Shown here: positions 30,463 through 40,431 of the stretch, one piece after another
Numbering within the stretch: position 1 is the first letter of the stretch
Layout of the letters: the number at the start of each line of letters is the position of its first letter
From: Candidatus Latescibacterota bacterium
Lineage (GTDB): Bacteria; Latescibacterota; UBA2968; UBA8231
Length of the DNA stretch: 64,000 bases
Direction: 5' to 3'
NCBI GenBank assembly: GCA_965203355.1
Contig: OZ241889.1
Coordinates: 2,976,001 to 3,040,000 of the forward strand
Translations under genes and position numbers: made by a program
Notes under the pieces: model-generated
Told to the model about the DNA's origin: nothing
Database searches by the model: none
Seen by the model: only the letters and a program-made list of their open reading frames with translations

Positions 30463-31458
30463 ATGACCAATGTACGTCCCATCAGATGGGGCATTCTCAG
30501 CACCGCCAGAATCGGCGTCACCGCCTTCATTCCCGCGGCCCGCGCCACGCCCGGTGCCCAAGTCCATGCAGTGGCCAGCCGCAGCCAAGCCACCGCCGAC
30601 GCCTTTGCCCGCGACCACGATATTCCCGTGGCACTGGGCCGTTACCAAGCCCTGCTCGACCACCCGGACATCGACGCGGTCTATATCTCGCTGCCCAATT
30701 CGCTGCACGCCGAGTGGACCATCAAAGCCGCCGAGGCTGGCAAACACGTCTTTTGCGAAAAACCCCTCGCCGTCACCGCGGCCGAAGGTCGGCAAATGGT
30801 CGAGGCGTGCCACCAGGCCGACGTGCTGCTCTTTGAGGCATTCGTCTTTATGCAGCATCCCCAAAGCCACCGCCTCAAGGAAATCATCGCCGCGGGCGAG
30901 ATTGGCACCCTGCGCCACATTAACGCGGGCATGACCTACGTCATCGACGACCCCAGCAACATCCGCCTGATTAAAGCGTTGGGCGGCGGCAGTATGTACG
31001 ACGGCGGCGTGTATCCCGTCACTTTTTCGCGCTTCATCGCCGGCACCGATCCGGTTAGCGTCCAGGCGCACATGCGCTTTGCCGCGCAAGCCGGGGTGGA
31101 CGTGGCCACCTCGCTCATCCTCGAATACCCCGACGGCCTCACCGCGACCTTGTACTGCAGCTTCGAGGGCCGCGGCGGACCGCATGCTCTCATCACCGGC
31201 GATCAGGGTCGCTTGATTGTGCCCGCCCCGTACCATCCCGGGGCCGAGAGCCGCTTTGACGTGGTCATCGGTTCCAAGAGCCGTAGCGAGACCTTCCAGA
31301 CCGGCACCCCGCCATTCCAGCCGGCCATTGCCTTTTTCCAGCAATGTCTGCGCGGAGCAGCAACCCCGGCCTATATGGCCAACCACGCCGACGGTACGCT
31401 CAAAGTGGTCGAAGCGGCCTTTGAATCGGCGCGCAGCGGAAGGCGAGTGGAGCTATAG
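30463..31458 (+). CDS. Gfo/Idh/MocA oxidoreductase
   Basis: IRWGILSTARIG, LPNSLHAEW, HVFCEKP, GGGSMYDGGVY. Confidence 0.92.
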   Translation: MTNVRPIRWGILSTARIGVTAFIPAARATPGAQVHAVASRSQATADAFARDHDIPVALGRYQALLDHPDIDAVYISLPNSLHAEWTIKAAEAGKHVFCEKPLAVTAAEGRQMVEACHQADVLLFEAFVFMQHPQSHRLKEIIAAGEIGTLRHINAGMTYVIDDPSNIRLIKALGGGSMYDGGVYPVTFSRFIAGTDPVSVQAHMRFAAQAGVDVATSLILEYPDGLTATLYCSFEGRGGPHALITGDQGRLIVPAPYHPGAESRFDVVIGSKSRSETFQTGTPPFQPAIAFFQQCLRGAATPAYMANHADGTLKVVEAAFESARSGRRVEL

Positions 31459-31461
31459 GAA

Positions 31462-31557
31462 GGATTGCTCGGGGGGACGCTCGGGGATTCTCTTGAGCAA
31501 TTCCTCAACGGCTTCCCAAGCGCAAGCCGTGAGCAAGCCTCGGCATTGGGGTCTTGA
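31462..31557 (+). pseudogene. DUF433 antitoxin fragment
   Basis: GDSLEQFLNGFPSASREQA matches the DUF433 C-terminal pattern; N-terminus missing. Confidence 0.55.
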
Positions 31558-31635
31558 GTTCTGCTTGCGGATCTTTAGGGTATTCATCCCGATCCGATAA
31601 TCAGAAGAAGCACCAAAATCGCGTCGGGCGGTTCT

Positions 31636-32071
31636 TTAGGTTGCTTTCTCCAAAGAGCGCAAAATCGCCTGAGGTTCGCACGCCGCCACATAGAGTAACA
31701 CCCGTGCTGGTCCTTTAGGGACCCGATCACCGCGCTCCCAGTGCCGTAGGGTGCTGGGACTAATGCCCAAGGCGGCAGCAAAGGCCGTTTGGGTCATCCC
31801 GACCTGCTCTCGGATAGCTTTCACATCAATGCTTTTGGGCGGATGTACGACCGCCTCGCTTGGCTGGCCTGCCGCGTACTCAATCGCTTCAGTCAATCCT
31901 TGTTTAATACTCGCTAGCTGGTTCGTGTTTTTAGCGCGAGCGATTGCATCCAAGGCATGGGCTATAAAGGCGTGATCATCTCCGGCTTCTTCAAGGCAGG
32001 CTTCCAAGTACAATCGTATATCTTCTCTTGAGATACTCTGCTGAGTCCCAGCGAGTAGTATTAATAGGCAT
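31636..32071 (-). pseudogene. Chimeric frameshifted antitoxin: HI1420-type addiction antidote N-part fused to a HigA/NadS-like Xre HTH
   Basis: MPINTTRWDSAEYLK, frameshift, then EDIRLYLEACLEEAGDD...IARAK..QLA joined to SIKQGLTEAIEYA...IDVKAIRE..GMTQTAFA...HWERGDRVPKGPA. Confidence 0.7.
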
Positions 32072-32074
32072 AAC

Positions 32075-32142
32075 TCATCTCTCCAATTGTTTGGCTATCT
32101 CTCTAGTTTTGATAATACTTCTGTTTTGCGGATCTCTATCAC
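32075..32142 (-). pseudogene. Collapsed HI1419/RelE-type addiction-module toxin
   Basis: GTG start gives MIEIRKTEV; another frame gives IKTREIAKQLER*; only 68 nt remain. Confidence 0.6.
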
Positions 32143-32638
32143 TATTCCGCTTCGATCAGGTGTTTCTTATTCATCCCTAGTATCCCGTCAGGCACTACAA
32201 ATTCATTTTCGCAAAGGGAATGTCCCCCTCTGCCCAACACATACACCGGACTCGACCAAGCCATCTGCCCGTCGCACTGAATAGCCTTAACGAAATAAGC
32301 GGCCTGCCCTTCCCCGCACGACTGATCCGCCGTCTCCAGCGTCAGTTCCAGCACTTCCACCCGCTCGGGATAGCGCTGCACCACCAACTGCATATCCAAG
32401 CCGCCGTAGTCGAAGCGCAGCGACTCGTGCCCTAACTCCGCCAGCTCAATCTGGGCCGTCCATTGCGACTGTCGCTGTTGCACATGACCCCGACGTAGCC
32501 GCAGTCCAGCGCGTCGAACAGCATCCACTCGAACACACCCCAGCCTGAGACGATCTCCACCAGATTGTGCGCCTCCGGGTCGAAATACGCCTTGACCACT
32601 TGGTCAATGGTCTCGCGATACGTCAAACCCGCCGGCAT
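32142..32638 (-). pseudogene. DUF3604-like protein remnant
   Basis: VEIVSGWGVFEWMLFDAL.GYVGVMCNSD..GRP and C-terminal YFVKAIQCDGQMAWSSPVYV lie in different frames. Confidence 0.6.
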
Positions 32639-32656
32639 AGCGGCAGCATGGTTTTC

Positions 32657-34132
32657 TCAATACGGGTTGGGATCGTACCACTCCCGCAACGCCGGATAAA
32701 GCGCCTGATAGCGCTCAAAAGCGCGCCGATAGTATTCGACCCGCACTGGGTCGCAGTGGGTCGTCTCGGCCAGCTTGACCGTGCGCTGGCAAGCGGTGGC
32801 AAAATCCGCGTAGAGCCCGCCGCCAACGCCGGCCAACAACGCCGCTCCTACTGCCGACAGATCGTCGGTGGCGATCCGCACCACGTCGCGCCCCAAAATA
32901 TCGGCCTGGACCTGCCGCCACACCTCTGAATGCGAGCCGCCCTCGCCGATCCGCAACTCGTCAATGGGCAAGCCAATGGCGGCGAAGCAATCGAGCGAGT
33001 GCCGCAGGTCGAAGACGACCCCCTCCAGCACTGCCCGCACCAGATGCCCCTTCGTATGCCCCAGCGACAGCCCGACAAAGCCGCCGCGGGCATGGGCGTC
33101 GGGCCGCGGCGTGGCCCTTCCTTCGAGCCACGGCAGAAAAAACAACCCCTCGGCCCCAGCGGGAATCGCCGCGGCCGCTTCGGTCAATTCCTCGTAGCTG
33201 CCCCCAAACTCCTCCTTAAACCACTTGAGCGAGGCCCCGCCGGTAAACGAGCAGCCAAGCCAAGCGTATTGGCCGGGGATGGGATGGCACATCGGCCAGA
33301 GCTTGTCAAAGGCCCGTGGATCCAGCGCGTCGGCCAAAGCCGTGGCGTGCGCCGCCGTGCCGATGCCCAAGCTAATAATGCCCGGCTCAATCACCCCAGC
33401 ACCGAGGATCATGCAGGGCATGTCCCCGCCGCCAGCGACAACAGGCGTCCCCGCCGCCAGTCCAGTCTGCTCAGCCGCTACCGCAGTTACGGCCCCAACC
33501 ACGTCCGGCGAATTGACCAGACTCGGGAACAGCCCCACATCGACTTCCAACGCCTCCAGAATTTCCCCGGACCATTGGCGCGTACGCAGGTCAAAAGCCG
33601 CAGTCGTCGAGGCATCTGACACCTCGGCCGCTATCTGCCCGGTGAGCTGGTAGCGCAGCCAATCCTTGGGCAGTAGCACCCATCGACTCTGTTGGTAAAC
33701 GTCTGTCGCATGGTCTTTTACCCATAAAACCTTGGCCAATGTATTAACCGGCCCCAACCGCATTAGCGTCCGCTCCCGCAGCAGATCCCCCGCGCACTGC
33801 TCGGCCCAATCGCACTCGGCTTGCGAGCGGTGGTCGAGCCAGATCGGCACCCGCTGCAGGGGCTGCCCGGCACTATCGACAAACACCGCGCCGTTGATCT
33901 GCCCGGACAGACCAACGCAGGCGACCCGCGCTGGATCAATATCGGCGAGCGCCTGACGCACAGACGCGCACAGCCCGCGCCACCAGTCAGCCGGATTCTG
34001 CTCGACCCACTTAGGATGCGGCTTGTAGAGCGGATACCCGGCCTGCCCTCTGCCGATGAGGTCTCCAGCCTCGTCGAGGAGGACGGCCTTAGTGCTTCCC
34101 GTGCCTAAGTCAATGCCCAATGCACAGCGCAT
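32657..34132 (-). CDS. xylB: Xylulokinase (FGGY family)
   Basis: GIDLGTGSTKAVL, GLSGQ, LLPKDWLRY, GGGD, AVLEGV, GGSHSEVWRQ. Confidence 0.85.
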   Translation of the reverse strand: MRCALGIDLGTGSTKAVLLDEAGDLIGRGQAGYPLYKPHPKWVEQNPADWWRGLCASVRQALADIDPARVACVGLSGQINGAVFVDSAGQPLQRVPIWLDHRSQAECDWAEQCAGDLLRERTLMRLGPVNTLAKVLWVKDHATDVYQQSRWVLLPKDWLRYQLTGQIAAEVSDASTTAAFDLRTRQWSGEILEALEVDVGLFPSLVNSPDVVGAVTAVAAEQTGLAAGTPVVAGGGDMPCMILGAGVIEPGIISLGIGTAAHATALADALDPRAFDKLWPMCHPIPGQYAWLGCSFTGGASLKWFKEEFGGSYEELTEAAAAIPAGAEGLFFLPWLEGRATPRPDAHARGGFVGLSLGHTKGHLVRAVLEGVVFDLRHSLDCFAAIGLPIDELRIGEGGSHSEVWRQVQADILGRDVVRIATDDLSAVGAALLAGVGGGLYADFATACQRTVKLAETTHCDPVRVEYYRRAFERYQALYPALREWYDPNPY

Positions 34133-34320
34133 CTGACCCTCCTATGCAAATCGGTCCACGTGCTCCAGTCACCCACCTCATAAAGCCGCAAGCCCTTGCG
34201 AAACAGCCACGGCCAAGCCACCAAGTCGCGGCCCTGCTCTTCGAGAAAGTGCGCCGCGCAGATACCAACAACTCCACCGCCGATGACCAGCCAGCACATC
34301 TACCTGTCACGTCGCGTCAT
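34105..34320 (-). pseudogene. FAD-dependent oxidoreductase (DadA-like) N-terminal remnant
   Basis: LVIGGGVVGICAAHFLEEQGRD Rossmann motif; start disrupted; truncated. Confidence 0.55.
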
Positions 34321-34425
34321 AGCCTTTGTCCGACCGCTTGACGTCGGTTGTGTTTCGCGCTACGTATGTCAGGGACATTATACGCTGAAAATCTGCGTTG
34401 AGCTACCAACAGAAAGGAACGGCCC

Positions 34426-35493
34426 ATGTTAGATCGCGCCGTGCGCATCGGCATGATCGGCTGCGGCACCCAAGCCAACGTCCACTTTGCCGGCCTCAAA
34501 GCACTGGGCGCGGACCAAGCCACAGTTGCCGCCGTCTGCGACCTCAATGACAAGCGCTTAGCGACCGCCGGTCAGCACTGGCCCGAAGCCCGCACGGCCA
34601 AAGACTACCGGGACCTGCTCGCCCCCGGGGATCTCGACTTGGTCATCGTCGCCACCATGCCCAACACGCACCAAGCCATGTCGTTGGCCAGCCTCGACGC
34701 CGGAGCCTGCGTACTGTGCGAAAAGCCCTTTATGATGAATGTCGCGCAGGCCGAAGCCGTCCTCGCCAAGGCGACGGAGACTGGGCTGCAAGTTCAGCTC
34801 GGCACCAACATGCGCTATATGCCGAGTTCGCGGTACTTACGCGATCTGGTCCAAACGGGATCTATCGGCGAGCCAGTGTTCGCCAAAGCGTGGGGTTGCC
34901 ACCGCGATCCACCGGTCTGGGGGCCGCACTACCACCGCGCCACCTCCGGCGGCGGAGTCCTCGCCTCGACTTTGGTCCACACGCTCGACTTGGCGATGTG
35001 GATCGGCGGCTCGCCCAACCCACTCACCGTCAGCGCGGCAACCCGACGCCTCTTCCCCGGTAAGCGCGGTGCCAAAATCGACGATGCCATCCACGCACAC
35101 TACGACGCCGAAGACCTCATCAGTGCCTTGGTGCGCTTTGACAACGGCGCCTTTTACTCCTTGGAGGGCAATTGGTGTAGCGAGCGAACCGACTTCCACA
35201 GCTTTGAGCTGACCACCACCCGCGCCACAGTAACCGGCGCACCCTTGGCGGTCAACGTCGATGTCGCAGGGGCGATCGTCGATCAGACGCCCCAACTCAA
35301 CGGCAGCGACGACTGGTTCCAAAGCGTCCACACCCAAGACGCCGCGCTCATCGCCCAACTCCGTGCTGGCGAGCCTTGGGACATGCAGGATGCCCGCCAG
35401 CTACTCAACTTGCAAAAGGTCGTCGATGCCTGTTACGAATCGGCGCGTACGGGTCGAGAGGTTGTAATAACCAACACGGCTACAACAGGTTGA
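34426..35493 (+). CDS. Gfo/Idh/MocA oxidoreductase
   Basis: IGMIGCG, VLCEKP, SGGGVL..VHTLD. Confidence 0.9.
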   Translation: MLDRAVRIGMIGCGTQANVHFAGLKALGADQATVAAVCDLNDKRLATAGQHWPEARTAKDYRDLLAPGDLDLVIVATMPNTHQAMSLASLDAGACVLCEKPFMMNVAQAEAVLAKATETGLQVQLGTNMRYMPSSRYLRDLVQTGSIGEPVFAKAWGCHRDPPVWGPHYHRATSGGGVLASTLVHTLDLAMWIGGSPNPLTVSAATRRLFPGKRGAKIDDAIHAHYDAEDLISALVRFDNGAFYSLEGNWCSERTDFHSFELTTTRATVTGAPLAVNVDVAGAIVDQTPQLNGSDDWFQSVHTQDAALIAQLRAGEPWDMQDARQLLNLQKVVDACYESARTGREVVITNTATTG

Positions 35494-35507
35494 CGCGAGG
35501 AAACACC

Positions 35508-36356
35508 ATGCCCCAGCCCAACGCTTGGACACCCGTCGAGGCCCGCAGCACCGCCGATTTGCTGCACAGCCTGCCCCGCCCTCTCACCGCCTTGGCCGCC
35601 GGTGCCGTACCCGCCGTAGTCTTGCGCGGAGCCTATCCGCCCGATCACTGCCGCGGCTTGATGCGCCGCTTTGCCGAGCGCGGCTATTTCGATCCGGCCA
35701 CTGTGGGCCAAGCCGCCCAGCTAAGCGGCGGTCCCTATCTCGACTTGGGCACCAGCCTCGGACGGCTCGGAGCCGATCCAAACGCCTTCTTCGCTCACGC
35801 CGCCCGCACCCACGAGTTGTTCGCCACGCTCTTCGCCGGATTCACAGATCCAGTGCGCACAATGTACGCGGCCCTCGCGGCCCTCGCCGAGGGCAAAGTC
35901 GTGCAAACCGCACGCGAACCGGACGGGCGGCTCTACGGACCGGCCATTTTCCGCATGTATCACGCCGCCGAAGGCCACAGACCTCACTACGACTCCGTGG
36001 CCAAACGCTCCCGTCCCGGCTGGGAATACGCAGTCGCCGACTTCCAGCACCAGTTCGCCGGGGTGCTGTGCTTGCAGACCGGCGATGCCGCAAGCACCGA
36101 CGAACCTTTTATCTATCGCTGCTGGGGCGCCCAACCCCACCTTGAGGAAGTCCTGCGCGAAAACCGCTTTGCCGAGTACGCGGCTGAGCATGGCATCCCC
36201 CGCGTCCAAGTCCGGCTGACGCCGGGCGATCTCTATTTCTTCTGCACCGAAAACATCCACGAAGTAGCGCGCCTAACGCGCCAGCGCCGGCGCGTCGTGC
36301 TGGCCTTCTTCTTCGCCATGTCGGCGGACGAGCCGACGATTTTCGTCTGGTCCTAA
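35508..36356 (+). CDS. 2OG-Fe(II) dioxygenase-like protein
   Basis: PHYD (HxD)...PGDLYFF...IHEV...R; GAGG RBS before ATG 35508. Confidence 0.65.
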   Translation: MPQPNAWTPVEARSTADLLHSLPRPLTALAAGAVPAVVLRGAYPPDHCRGLMRRFAERGYFDPATVGQAAQLSGGPYLDLGTSLGRLGADPNAFFAHAARTHELFATLFAGFTDPVRTMYAALAALAEGKVVQTAREPDGRLYGPAIFRMYHAAEGHRPHYDSVAKRSRPGWEYAVADFQHQFAGVLCLQTGDAASTDEPFIYRCWGAQPHLEEVLRENRFAEYAAEHGIPRVQVRLTPGDLYFFCTENIHEVARLTRQRRRVVLAFFFAMSADEPTIFVWS

Positions 36357-36407
36357 GGTCGTATGGCCCGGCCGCGCCGGAGGAAGGCGCGGATGGCGCA
36401 GCGGCTC

Positions 36408-39311
36408 TTAGTCCGCTGCCTGCGCCACGGCCGCTTGATAGTACTCCCGCAGCAAGCCATCGAGGGCCGCAGAGGTTTGGTTGTAGTTCGTCCATCCGTA
36501 AGGCGTGTTGTCAAAGCGCACATCGCCCACGAGGGAATCGGCGCCCCGCGACAGGAGCAAGCGGGCCATTTCAAACTGGTCGGCGACGACGGTTTTGTGC
36601 AGGGGCGTACTGCCGTGGTCGTAAGACCGAAATGCGCCGGCAAAGCCGTTGATGTCGGCCCCGCGATCCAGTAGGAAAGCTGCGGCTTCCAACGCGCCGC
36701 TGTAGGCGGCCAGGTTGAGTGCTTCGACGAGGATTTGCTCGTCGGTGAGCACCGTGTCCGGGTCCGGGTGGTACAGATGGCCGGTTCCCTTTTTCAGCTT
36801 GCCTTCAGCGTCGAAGAACCGAGCCATCAGATCGACGCGATTGGCGCCGGCGGCAAAGCGCAAATCGACCGGGGCCCCGGCCTCGATCAACAGACGCGCC
36901 AGTTCGCGGTTTTCGGCGATCAGGGCTTTCCACAGTATTCGGCCGCGGTTGCGGTCCAAATCAACCCCTTGATCGACCAAGAGATCGACCAACTCGGCCT
37001 TGGTGCCGGCCCAGTCGAGTTGGGCACTCTGAGCCACCAGTTCCAGCACCGTAACCGCATCGTACGTGGTCGCGTTGGGATCGGCACCGGCGGCGAGTAA
37101 GACCGCGGCCAGTTCAACGACATTGGCCGGCAGTGGTGCGCGCTGCGGCTCGCCGGCCACGTGGTGTAAGAGCGTGGCCCCGCGAAAGTAGGGATATTCG
37201 TAGTACTCGTCGAAATAGCCCTCGGCGGCCGTTAGTTCGGGATGTTCGGCGAGTAGGTCCCGGAGCGTGTCTACATCGCCGGCGTCCATGGCTTGGACGG
37301 CCCGGTAAAAGTCGGGATGCCCGGCGTCGCTGCGGTCGCGACCTTGCGGCGGCAAAGATTCGCCCGCCCGCGGAATCGCCAGTGCCACCAGCTCGGGCGG
37401 GCGCTCGGGGTCGCTAAAATCGTGGCCGACCGCAACGACCACGTACTGGCGTCCATCCGCCATATAACTCATCGGCGCACCGTAGGCATTGCTGGGCAGG
37501 TCGATGCGGCCGATTTCCCGGCCCGACGCCAGATCGTAGGCGCGTAGGTAGGCGTCGCGATCGACAAAGTAATCCGCGCCAGCGTCGCTCAGGTCGTGTG
37601 GGTCTTGCGAGGCGGCCAGGAGCAACCGGGGGGTAGTCAGCACAAAGGTGCGGTTGTCCCAGCCCATATCCGGCAGATCGAGGCCCTTGAGGGCTGGGTG
37701 GTCCACCGGCCCCTTGCCCACCGTCGTCCGCCACAGGTGCTCGCCCGTGTTGAGGTCAATGGCCGTGATGCTGCCATACGGCGGCTTGACCAGCGGCAAC
37801 CCTTGCGGGCCGAGGACGTGGGACTCGTTGGTGGCAAAAAAGGTCGAATGCGCGGCCGGGTCTTCCACCCGATGCAGTTGTACCGTGGTAATGGCGAGGT
37901 GCGACGGCACGTAGAGGATGCCCGTCTTGGGGTCGGCCGCGCCCCCGGCCCAATCGGCACCGCCCCACTGCCCGGGCACCACCAAAACGCCCTTCTCGGT
38001 CGGCGGCGCGTAGAGCGGGCCGTAGTCGTAGCGGGCGAGGATCGCCGCGGCTTGTTGGCGCAGTTCGGGCGTGAAGTCAATCAGATCGGCTTCGCTGATG
38101 CCTTGGCGTTCAAACGGCGCCGGTTGGGTCGGGAAGGGCTGGGTCGGAGCGGTCTGCTCGCCCGGCACCTGCGACTGGGGCACGGACCGTTCGACAATCG
38201 GCCAGATCGGCTCGCCGCTTTTGCGGTCAAACACGAAGCAGAACGCCTGCTTGGTCAGCACAGCGACAATTTGGCGCAGGCGACCTTGTACTTCCACATC
38301 CAACAACACCGGCGGGGCGGGTGGATCGTAATCCCAGAGGCCATGGTGGACCAGTTGATAGTGCCAGACCCGCTCGCCCGTCTCGGCATTCAGACAGACG
38401 ATCGACTCGCTGAAGAGATTGTCGCCCGGGCGCTCGCCGCCGTAGTAGTCGTGGCTGGCAGAACTCACCGGCAGGTAGAGGTAGCCCAGCGTTTCGTCAG
38501 CGGTCATTGAGGCCCAGACATTGGCGGCACCGTAGGTCTTCCAAGCGTCGCTTTGCCAAGTCTCATTGCCGTATTCGCCCGCCTGCGGAATCGTGTGAAA
38601 CTCCCAGACCTTAGCTCCGGTTCTTGCGTCGAAAGCCTGTACATCGCCGGGGGGCGTGTACTCAGCCGGAGGCCGGCCGCGCCAGTCGCCAATGGCCGAA
38701 CCGACCGCGACTACGCCCCGGCAAATCACGGGCGGGGCGGTCACGCCGTAGTTCCAGCGGTCGCCGTCGGTCAGTGGACGGCGCAGGGACGCGCCTAAGT
38801 CAACCCGACCCTCTTGACCAAACGCCGGGTCTGGCCGGCCGGTTTTGGCATCAATGGAGTACAAATAGGCAGTCGAAGTGGCGAGGAAAATCCGCTCAAC
38901 CTCGCCATCGGTCCAGTAGCTTGCGCCGCGCAGGTTGCCCAAGAAGCGAGGCTCAACGCGCCAAGCCTCTGGATCAAACGTCCACAGTTTTTCGCCGCTA
39001 GCCCCGTCGAGGGCGACGAGGATATTGAACGGCGAGGCGTAGTATAGCACCCCATTGACGGCAATCGGCGTACTGCGGTGCTCGTCAAAGTCTAGGTCGC
39101 GATCGGCCGTCTCGTATAGCTGCTGATCGGGCGGGCGAAAGCGCCACACTACGCGCAGTTGGTCGAAGTTGTCCGGGCCGATCTGGGCAGCGGGCGAGTA
39201 CTTGGTGCCGCCCAGATCCGAGGTGTAGTAAGGCCAATCAACCGCTTGAGCCTCGGCGGTCGCTAGCAAAATCAGCCATACGCTCAGGGAGCCATAGGCG
39301 CGTTTGTTCAC
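36408..39311 (-). CDS. Secreted PQQ-dependent (glucose/quinate-type) dehydrogenase fused to C-terminal ankyrin repeats
   Basis: Signal peptide, YSPAAQI, TPIAVNG, ANVWA, QLVHHGLWDYD, KPPYG; C-terminal ATLLHHVA, LLAAGADPNA, LLDRGADIN, STPLH. Confidence 0.85.
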   Translation of the reverse strand: MNKRAYGSLSVWLILLATAEAQAVDWPYYTSDLGGTKYSPAAQIGPDNFDQLRVVWRFRPPDQQLYETADRDLDFDEHRSTPIAVNGVLYYASPFNILVALDGASGEKLWTFDPEAWRVEPRFLGNLRGASYWTDGEVERIFLATSTAYLYSIDAKTGRPDPAFGQEGRVDLGASLRRPLTDGDRWNYGVTAPPVICRGVVAVGSAIGDWRGRPPAEYTPPGDVQAFDARTGAKVWEFHTIPQAGEYGNETWQSDAWKTYGAANVWASMTADETLGYLYLPVSSASHDYYGGERPGDNLFSESIVCLNAETGERVWHYQLVHHGLWDYDPPAPPVLLDVEVQGRLRQIVAVLTKQAFCFVFDRKSGEPIWPIVERSVPQSQVPGEQTAPTQPFPTQPAPFERQGISEADLIDFTPELRQQAAAILARYDYGPLYAPPTEKGVLVVPGQWGGADWAGGAADPKTGILYVPSHLAITTVQLHRVEDPAAHSTFFATNESHVLGPQGLPLVKPPYGSITAIDLNTGEHLWRTTVGKGPVDHPALKGLDLPDMGWDNRTFVLTTPRLLLAASQDPHDLSDAGADYFVDRDAYLRAYDLASGREIGRIDLPSNAYGAPMSYMADGRQYVVVAVGHDFSDPERPPELVALAIPRAGESLPPQGRDRSDAGHPDFYRAVQAMDAGDVDTLRDLLAEHPELTAAEGYFDEYYEYPYFRGATLLHHVAGEPQRAPLPANVVELAAVLLAAGADPNATTYDAVTVLELVAQSAQLDWAGTKAELVDLLVDQGVDLDRNRGRILWKALIAENRELARLLIEAGAPVDLRFAAGANRVDLMARFFDAEGKLKKGTGHLYHPDPDTVLTDEQILVEALNLAAYSGALEAAAFLLDRGADINGFAGAFRSYDHGSTPLHKTVVADQFEMARLLLSRGADSLVGDVRFDNTPYGWTNYNQTSAALDGLLREYYQAAVAQAAD

Positions 39312-39449
39312 TCGTTTGCTCCTTTCTGCACGGTTTCTATAAGCATCTTAAAAACAGAAACGAGGCGTTGAATAGTGTCAAACGCCCCGCTCTTCTCCTG
39401 AACGTACCTTCGCGTCAGATAAAGACCACGACCCAAAAGACGACGAAAG

Positions 39450-39600
39450 ATGAAATTTGAATGGGACTCAGAAAAAGCCAAAGTAAACGAGCAGAAACAC
39501 GATCTCCGTTTTCACGAAGGAGCTACTGTCTTTGGGGATCCGCTCCCGATCATTTCGGAATGGTTGCTGGCATATCTCGCGTAATCGCATCTTCAGCTAG
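39450..39600 (+). pseudogene. BrnT (DUF497) toxin remnant
   Basis: MKFEWDSEKAKVNEQKHDLRFHEGATVFGDPL, then frame loss and TAA at 39582-39584; absent from the ORF track. Confidence 0.75.
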
Positions 39601-39705
39601 GGACTACTCTGCCCCTGAGCGACTGAGAAACGCATCCGCATGCGGAAAGGGCCACTCGGACTTGTGCGCCAGCGGCGTGCATTTACACGCAAGCGCACCA
39701 AGTTC

Positions 39706-40392
39706 TCATTCTCTGGCGGCTTGCAGCTTTTCCAATACCTGCCATTGCTGGCGCTGGCGGCTCTCAGCCGAGTCGAATACTTCGCGGACGAAATGGGCGC
39801 GGCTTTTGCCCCCGGCTAGTTCGGTCAAGCGATTTTGCAAGTCGTCGGGCGAGGGGTCGCGCCCGAGGGCCGCACGGTACACCCCACACGCAAAAGCCGC
39901 CGCGTCTGTTTCGTCGAGCCAGTCTTGGGCCTCGTAGGCGAAGGCTTTGAGGGTGTGGGCTAAAGAAGCCGCCAACCAAGCTTTGTGCTCTTCGAGCGGA
40001 CCTAAAATACCGTACAACTCAGCGCACAATTCCGCGTCGCCCACCCCCTGCCGAGCTTCTTCCACAGGCTGGCCTTCGGCCCAAGCGCGCAGGGTTTTTA
40101 CATAGGTCTTGGCCCGGCACCGACGCTGGTCGTCCATTTCCCAATCCCGAGTGAGTACATCGACCGCCGGACATCGAGCGTATGTGCCCGCGCCGATCGC
40201 CTGGACGAGTAGGTCGAGATTGTCAAAGGCTCGGTAGTGGGTCAGCGAGTCGAAGCGCGAGATCAGGGCGCGGATGTATCGCACCGCGTCGGGTAGTTCC
40301 TCCAGCGAAGCAACTTGGGCGTCGATGCGCTGCATAGCTTCGTCGGGCGCGTCGCGGTGGTGCAAAATGTTGCGCCAGTGGGAATCAGGCAT
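39706..40392 (-). CDS. Hypothetical protein with a C-terminal DUF4214-like domain
   Basis: VYRAALGRDP...GKSRAHFVREVFDSAE. Confidence 0.6.
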   Translation of the reverse strand: MPDSHWRNILHHRDAPDEAMQRIDAQVASLEELPDAVRYIRALISRFDSLTHYRAFDNLDLLVQAIGAGTYARCPAVDVLTRDWEMDDQRRCRAKTYVKTLRAWAEGQPVEEARQGVGDAELCAELYGILGPLEEHKAWLAASLAHTLKAFAYEAQDWLDETDAAAFACGVYRAALGRDPSPDDLQNRLTELAGGKSRAHFVREVFDSAESRQRQQWQVLEKLQAARE

Positions 40393-40431
40393 GATGTCTC
40401 CTGTCGAGTTAGGTATTGAGCCGATTGTGTT

